From: Lobosporangium transversale
Taxonomy: Eukaryota
DNA: 41,194 nucleotides
Direction of reading: 5' to 3'
Assembly (NCBI RefSeq): GCF_002105155.1
Contig: NW_019028988.1
Location: 868,001-909,194 of the forward strand
This document shows positions 34,667 through 41,194 of this stretch, one piece after another. The position numbers and the translations under genes are program-made. The notes beneath the pieces are model-generated. The model did no database searches. It was given only the letters and a program-made list of their open reading frames with translations, and was not told the origin of the DNA. Each line of letters opens with the position of its first letter. Position 1 is the stretch's first letter.

Positions 34667-35362
34667 TTATTATATATATAATTTATAGAAATAAAGAAAT
34701 AAAGAAATAAAAAAAAAATAATAATAATAATAAAAAAAATAAAAAAAAGGAAGAGTGAAGTTGTGATGGACAAGGTCGAAGGAGATGGAAGTGAAAGTAT
34801 AAGTGGAGGTGAAGGTAAAGAGGGAAAGGGTGGAGAAGAAAATATACATACACTCTGACTGATTGCTTAAGAGAGGATGAGAAAGAGAATAAGGATGAGA
34901 AAAAAGAGTAAAAAGAAAAATCAGATATATAAAAAAAGAAAAAGATAAAAAAGATAAATAAATCTTTATATATATGTACACATATACAAATGAGAGGAAA
35001 TAGAGATGAAGCACTGGCTATTGAATGTGTTGAGAAAAGATCGGAAAATGCGAAAAAGGGAACAAGAGTTGAAGCGTTAACCATAATCACGATGCGAGAG
35101 CGAGAGATCGTGTTTTAGAAAGAAACTGGGTTCCTAAATTGGTGGGTAACACAAAGTAACACACCTGAGGGAATTAGTAAGGGCGGTGCACAACCAAAGG
35201 TGGTCCGCGCTTAATGTGGATATGTTTTTATAAGATGGGCTACAATAGGGACAGCGAACAAAAAAAAAAAAGAAAAAGTAAAAGAATAAAAAAAATGAAT
35301 ATTGAGAAAGAGGAGGAAGGGGTAGAAGGAGAATGAAAATGTCAGATGAGAGATAATTGGGG

Positions 35363-35403
<41 letters not shown>

Positions 35404-36429
35404 AGAGAGAGAGAGAAAAAAAGGGAAAAAAGGGAAATCAAGAGCTGAAATGAAGGTATGACGATCCACGGATGTTGGGTGCTTTCTGCAAAATGAAATC
35501 GAAGGAAGGGTCGGGTCAGGGTCAGGATGTGAAGAGGAAAAGAGCAATGAATTTATAAAGAGCAAACTGTGAAAAAGCGCAGTATATGAATTAGCATTTG
35601 AATAAAAACAAAGAGATGATAGAAAATGAAGAATGAAGAATGAAGAGCGAAGAAAGAAAGAAGGAAGGAAGGAAACGAAAGAAGAAAGGAAGGAAGAATG
35701 GTCAGTAATTTGTAATAGGGGAGGCGGTGACCCATGCCCAACAATGGCAACTGTCGTTCAAAAGTGCGCACGGAGATGAAAAATATTTTTAATAGCACAT
35801 GCTATCTGGGACGGCCTTGTGCTTCAATGTCGATGTAAACAAAGGCCAAGGCTTTACGGAGAGGCGCATTCACTATTTTTTCTATGCAAGCCCTTAGAAC
35901 CACAACGTGAATGATAAGAATGCAGAACACTCTATCCATGGTTAAAAACAAAATTAAAAAAGAAAGGCGTAAACTCTTTTTTTTTTTTAACCCTGACCAA
36001 GTGAATAGTTATTATATGAGATGTATCTTTGACAATGCTAAGTCTAGTCCTTATTGCCCGAACCATGGCCTCGAGTAAAGGTCAATGCACTTCTCCCCTC
36101 TTCCACTTTCCTTTCTATTGAACAGTGGTCCATCGTCGCGGTATCCAAGCCACGGAGGACTAGCAATAATAGTTTAAAAAAATAAAATAAAATAAAAAAA
36201 AAAGATCTGGTCCTTGACATTTCGTCCACCGAAATATGGCGAGTTCAACTTTCTTGGTTCAGGGTCGATGACAAATTGAGATATTAATAAATAAAGCATG
36301 CATCCAACTTGGCTTACTTGCACGGCCATAAGGCGAATTGATTTGAAGAAGAAAAAAGAAAAAAATGTAAAGTCATATCACTCCTATTGGACTATTGGAA
36401 ACATTTTCTTTGTTTCAGAGATGCTGTGT

Positions 36430-36469
<40 letters not shown>

Positions 36470-37829
36470 TTTTTCTCGACTACAGGCAATCGGCCTTCTC
36501 CCAATGCAGGTACAAGGTTGAAGAAAAATTTAAAAAGGGACATCTCCATTCCTTGATAAAATTAATATATACATATTAACCGGTATATTATTAAGTCTCT
36601 ATTTGGCTTAGAGGCTCAATTGATAAAAAAAAATAAATAAATAAATAAAAGTCCTCGGAAAAAGTACTTCGTCATTCAGATAAAGTAACCTGTCTATCCT
36701 ATCAAGAGCTTGTTATTTTCTCAAAGACATCATTGCCCATGAGTTCCCTATCCGCTTTCTTCATTCATTTGTTTACCACTTTCGTCATAATACCCTTTTT
36801 TTTTTTTTTTGTCATACTTTCACCGAAAGACAAACACGCAATATGCATTTAAGGTTCCCGTCTCTGGTCACCAACTATTAATCTTATCCGGCTCGAAGAG
36901 GAGAAGAGGAAGAGGAAGAGGAAGAGAAGGAGAGGAGAGTGTTTATAGTCTAGGGTATGTGCGTCTTTACAAAATCCTATCATCCTATCCCGTCTCTCCT
37001 CCCCTTCCCTTTCTTTTTCCCTCCCCACCTTGTTCTACTGTACCTGAACTGCTCCCCCTCCTCTGTCTGTCCCACCTTGACCCACTGCGTGTGCAATGAA
37101 CTGTTACCTAATGTGGGTTTCAAAAAACCACAATGTCTTTAAGTAATTTAGAGTTTTTCTGGGCGCCTTTTGTTTCTGATCGATTTTCATTTCCTTTTAT
37201 TTTTCATACATGGCAAGCCGGGGAAAGAGAGGAGGAGTAGGGAAATGCTGAGGGGTAAAAGATCCAAAGGAATAAAGTAAGATACACATAGTATGTTTAA
37301 TACATTAATAATATAATCAATATGCACCTTATTATTTTTGGGATGCATCCGTGTCTACATGTACATGTATATCTTTATTATTGAACGGACAGGGAGGTGA
37401 TGGTGATGGTGGTGGTTGGTGGTGGTGGTGGGGGGGGGGGGTGCAATATTTAACAACCGCCAGCTCAAGAGTAGACACATATGATCATGCAATTATATAT
37501 TACATGTATAATATTTATTATAGATTTTTGTGCATAGAGATGCTGTTCGCCCTCCTTTTTTAGCCTTTCTTCCCCAAGATGGCTTTTTCTGAGCATTAGG
37601 AAAGAAAGCAATATGGAAAAACTCCGTTTATCAAGATAGGGTCAATAAATGCATGTATATATAAATGTAGATGTAGATGTTCAGTATGGTGTACCAAAAA
37701 TGCAGTGTATCTCCAAGTGACAGGGTCCAAAAACGCTTTTTGGTGTTCGCCTCGTTGCATAGCCTCATTTTTTTTCTTTTATTATATATATATTATTATT
37801 ATTATTATTATTATTATTTTTTCTTCATG

Positions 37830-37862
<33 letters not shown>

Positions 37863-38568
37863 CCTCCAAAAAAGTCACGTCAGCCTAGTGTACATTGTAC
37901 ATTGTACATGTACATGTTACATGTTTAGGGAAATGTCTCCTTTTACGCTGATCAGATGGATCAATTAGCCTCTTAAGGGAAATATGTGTGCAACTTGTCA
38001 GTTAACGGCAACAAAGTGGAACAGAATGTACAACATCTAATGTATACGAGCAATGGCCCATTGGCCACCAACGCCATCCTGTTGTGTGGGAATTTTTTTT
38101 TTTTTTTTATTCTCCTTTTTTTCTCTTCAATAACGATAGCTGTAGATCTTGTTTATTGTCTTTTTTTTTTTTTTTTTTTTTTTTTTTTCTGAGAGTATCT
38201 GTGTAGCTATAGAAGAATGAGTCGGGTCACCAAAGGATGTTTTTTTTTTTTTTTTATTTCCGTTCTTCAATTTGATTGCGCCGACATCTTTTTTTTTTTT
38301 TTTTTTTTTTTTTTTGTCAACAACCAGTTTCATGAATAAATAAATAAATAAAAAAAAAAAAAATTGGAGTCCCGCTTCATAGTTTTCGTAGGAAAGTCCT
38401 AGATCTTTTTTTTTTTTTTTTTTTTTTCTTTTTTTTTTCTTTTTATCAATGTGTCATGTAGTGTCACATTATTAATTAACCCTTTGCATTGCATATAGCA
38501 AGCGAGATCCTACTACACTTCCTCTATCCCCCCCACCTCCACCCCCTCTTCCTCCTCCCCGCCCCCCC

Positions 38569-38599
<31 letters not shown>

Positions 38600-38656
38600 A
38601 AATTGTGCGCCCTTGCGCCGGCCGTGTCAAAAGATAAAAAGAGAAAAAAGAATCAG

Positions 38657-38731
38657 CGCGACGCGTTCACGTTCACGTTCACGTTCACGCGTCGGTTGTT
38701 TCACAACGAGATGATCAAACGCGCAACGCGT
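38657..38731. promoter_or_regulatory. Cluster of ACGCGT (MluI/MCB-like) sites flanking a (GTTCAC)n array
   Basis: ACGCGT at 38661, 38687 and 38726; ACGCGC at 38719; 150-220 bp upstream of the PLPBP ATG. Confidence 0.45.
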
Positions 38732-38879
38732 ATCTTTTGAACCAGGGTGACTGTTTCTTACCAAGAAACTATGTAGAGCACATAACACACATCACACACA
38801 TCACATAAACATACACACAACTCTCCCTCCATCTTGATGAAAACTTGATTCCACACACACACTCCCTCCTTCCCCTCGA

Positions 38880-39549
38880 ATGTCACTTCATCTTTATCCA
38901 TTCCTCATTCGGACAGTTCATTCACAGGCTCAATTCTTTAATTTGTCTCGATTCAATACCGTTCATCATTATCATCGGACATTAGCTTTTTCTGCTCGTT
39001 CTATTGCAACTACAACTATTACCCTAAGGACTGCTGCTACAGCCAAAAGATTATTACCAAGCATGAGTACCAGCCTTGAATATACCCCTGACCGTGCTCA
39101 GGAATTGGTAGATAACCTGTCAGATGTTGTCAAAAGGATGGAACAGACTTTACAGAGCAAAGGAGATAATGCACAGAAGGTAAATAATAATGGGGGGGGT
39201 TTTTTTTTTCCTTTTTCTTACGACTCTTTCAAATAAAAAGGAGTTCTTTTCAATTGACTCTTTTTGTTGCTATTAAATATATACATATACATATAAATAC
39301 AAATATAAATATAAAAGGCACGACTAGTGGCAGTCAGCAAGTACAAGCCTGCATCCGATATATTGGCTGTTTATGAGAAATCTGGACATTGCCACTTTGG
39401 TGAGAATTATGTAAGTGCTTTTCTTTTTTTCTTTTTTTTTTTTTTTTTTTTTTTTTTTTCCTTTGGAAGAAAAGGGTATCTCTACATAATAATATTACAA
39501 GATTTGATTATATATTTCTAACAACGCGTTAAAAAAAAAACTGAAAAAC

Positions 39550-39584
<35 letters not shown>

Positions 39585-41129
39585 GTCCACAGGTTCAGGA
39601 ACTAGAAGAAAAGAGCAAGGAGGTAAAAAAAAAAAAAAAAAGATTGTTTTGCTGTGCTGTGCTGCGGTCTATTTTGGTCACGCGAGCAATGTGTCAATTA
39701 TCAATTGTCAGTTGTCAATTGTCAATTGTCAATTGAAAGTAAATAAAGTACATGGGTAAAGTACATAGAAATTTAATAACCGGTTTTTATTTTTATTTTG
39801 TTAACCAAAATATATAAAATAGTTACCCAAAGACATTCAATGGCATTTCATCGGATCACTTCAGTCTAACAAGTGCAAGATTGTTGCGGGTAAGAAGAAG
39901 AAAAAGAAAAAAAAAGAAAGTTTAAAAAAAAAAAAAAAAAAAGTGGATACGACATTAACTATATTTATGCCTAATACGTTTATTAAAGCAATCCCTAATC
40001 TGTTCGTTGTGGAGACTGTGGACAGCGCAAAGAAGGCTTCGACTCTGGATAAGGCCTGCGTGAGTGCTGCTCGATCTGAACCACTTCGTATCTTTTTACA
40101 AATCAACACGAGTGGTGAGGATAGTAAGTTTTTTTTTTTTTTTTTTTTTTTGTTTTATTTATCATTTATGCTCATTATTTATTCCAATATTCTTAACTAA
40201 TGGTTTTATCCCAATGATCCCCGATGATCCTCAACCATTTTTTTTTTCTTTCCAGCCAAGAGTGGAATGCTTCCAAATGAGGCCCTAGAGGTGGCACAGC
40301 ATGTTGTTTCATCCTGCCCTCACCTTAAGCTGTCCGGTCTAATGACAATTGGATCACCAAATCCTGACTTGGATAACGGTGAAAATCCAGATTTCAAGGT
40401 GAGGTCCCAGCTTCCCCTTCTCCTCCGTTTCCTCTTTCTCCTTTCTCCCTTCTCCTTCTTATCCTACTCCTCTCCTTTTTATCCTACTTCTTTCTCCTTC
40501 TCCTCTTCATCTTCTACCAATCTGGAACTTGGGGGAGATGATAAAAAAAATAAAAAATAAAAAATAAAAAAATAATAATAATAATGGATAAAGAAAGAGT
40601 GGAGTCGCATAAGCTTTGCCTTTGCTTGTGCCCTTTTTCCATTTTTGCTAAACAGGTATATCTTTTTTTTTTTTTTTTATTTTTTATTTTTTTATAGACA
40701 CTAAATCAATGCAAGGCGACAATTGAAGAGGCACTCAAGATCACGGACCTGGAATTGAGCATGGTAAAATATTTATATATAATATTTTTTTTTTATTTTT
40801 ACGCTATAAACCCTGTGTTATAAAACGCGCACACGCCCTCTCCCTTCTCCCTTCTCCCCTCCGTTATCTCCGATTGCCTCCCCCTCCTTCATTCCTGGGA
40901 CCTGGCTCATTATCATTGCCATTATCACTGTCATCATGATCCAATGGATACAATGACAGGGTTAAAAGAAAAAAAAAAAAAAAAGAAAAAAGAAAATAAT
41001 AATAATCAACTTTAATTTCAATAGGGTATGAGTGATGACTTTGAAAGAGCTCTTTTACAAGGATCGACTAATGTTCGCATAGGCAGCACTATCTTTGGAT
41101 CTCGTCCCAAGAAGACTACTGTCCAGTAG
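38880..41129 (+). CDS. PLPBP: Pyridoxal phosphate homeostasis protein (PLPBP/PROSC/YggS), 8 exons, 312 aa
   Basis: Exons 38880-39179, 39318-39410, 39593-39622, 39823-39889, 39989-40123, 40256-40398, 40698-40763 and 41025-41129. RLVAVSK, FGENYVQE, WHFIGSLQSNK, QINTSGE, GLMTIG, LSMGMS and VRIGSTIFG. Confidence 0.96.
39691..39735. repeat. Intronic 7-mer tandem repeat (TGTCAAT)n
   Basis: About six imperfect copies in PLPBP intron 3. Confidence 0.8.
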
Positions 41130-41171
41130 TGGCGGTGGCAGTGGCAGTGGCAGTGGCAGTGACAGTGGCAG
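41129..41171. repeat. (GTGGCA)n hexamer repeat directly after the PLPBP stop
   Basis: GTGGCG GTGGCA x4 GTGACA GTGGCA. Confidence 0.8.
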
Positions 41172-41194
41172 AAGCAGCAGTAGCAAAAGTTTGT

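Noticed and set aside
34670..38740. Phe/Leu-rich ORFs that look like membrane proteins
   Set aside because: Products of purine/pyrimidine-skewed non-coding sequence; no consistent exon chain or motif.
39691..39735. Short repeat array considered as CRISPR-like
   Set aside because: Tandem 7-mers with no spacers, inside a eukaryotic intron.

Overview
Intron-rich eukaryotic genomic DNA, inferred to be an early-diverging fungus (Mucoromycota/Mortierella-like; from gene content and intron style, not confirmed). The first ~13 kb is a transposon-rich accessory block. It holds the 3' half of a Ty3/Gypsy retrotransposon whose putative 3' LTR carries an antisense ORF. That element is inserted into a dead cytochrome P450, which is an inverted duplicate of an intact P450 about 4.5 kb away. 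The spacer holds a decayed LINE, an LTR fragment and an Ala/Pro-rich relic, and a decayed Tc1 follows the intact P450. Next come a C2-domain gene, an intact Tc1-family DD35E transposon and a secreted AA11-like LPMO. The rest is a housekeeping block: CSA/ERCC8, a cystathionine beta-synthase-like gene with substituted active-site motifs, xylose reductase, a ~1024 aa FAD monooxygenase with large disordered regions, and PLPBP/YggS with an N-terminal presequence. Exon models were spliced by hand at GT-AG sites and checked for frame. No database searches were run.
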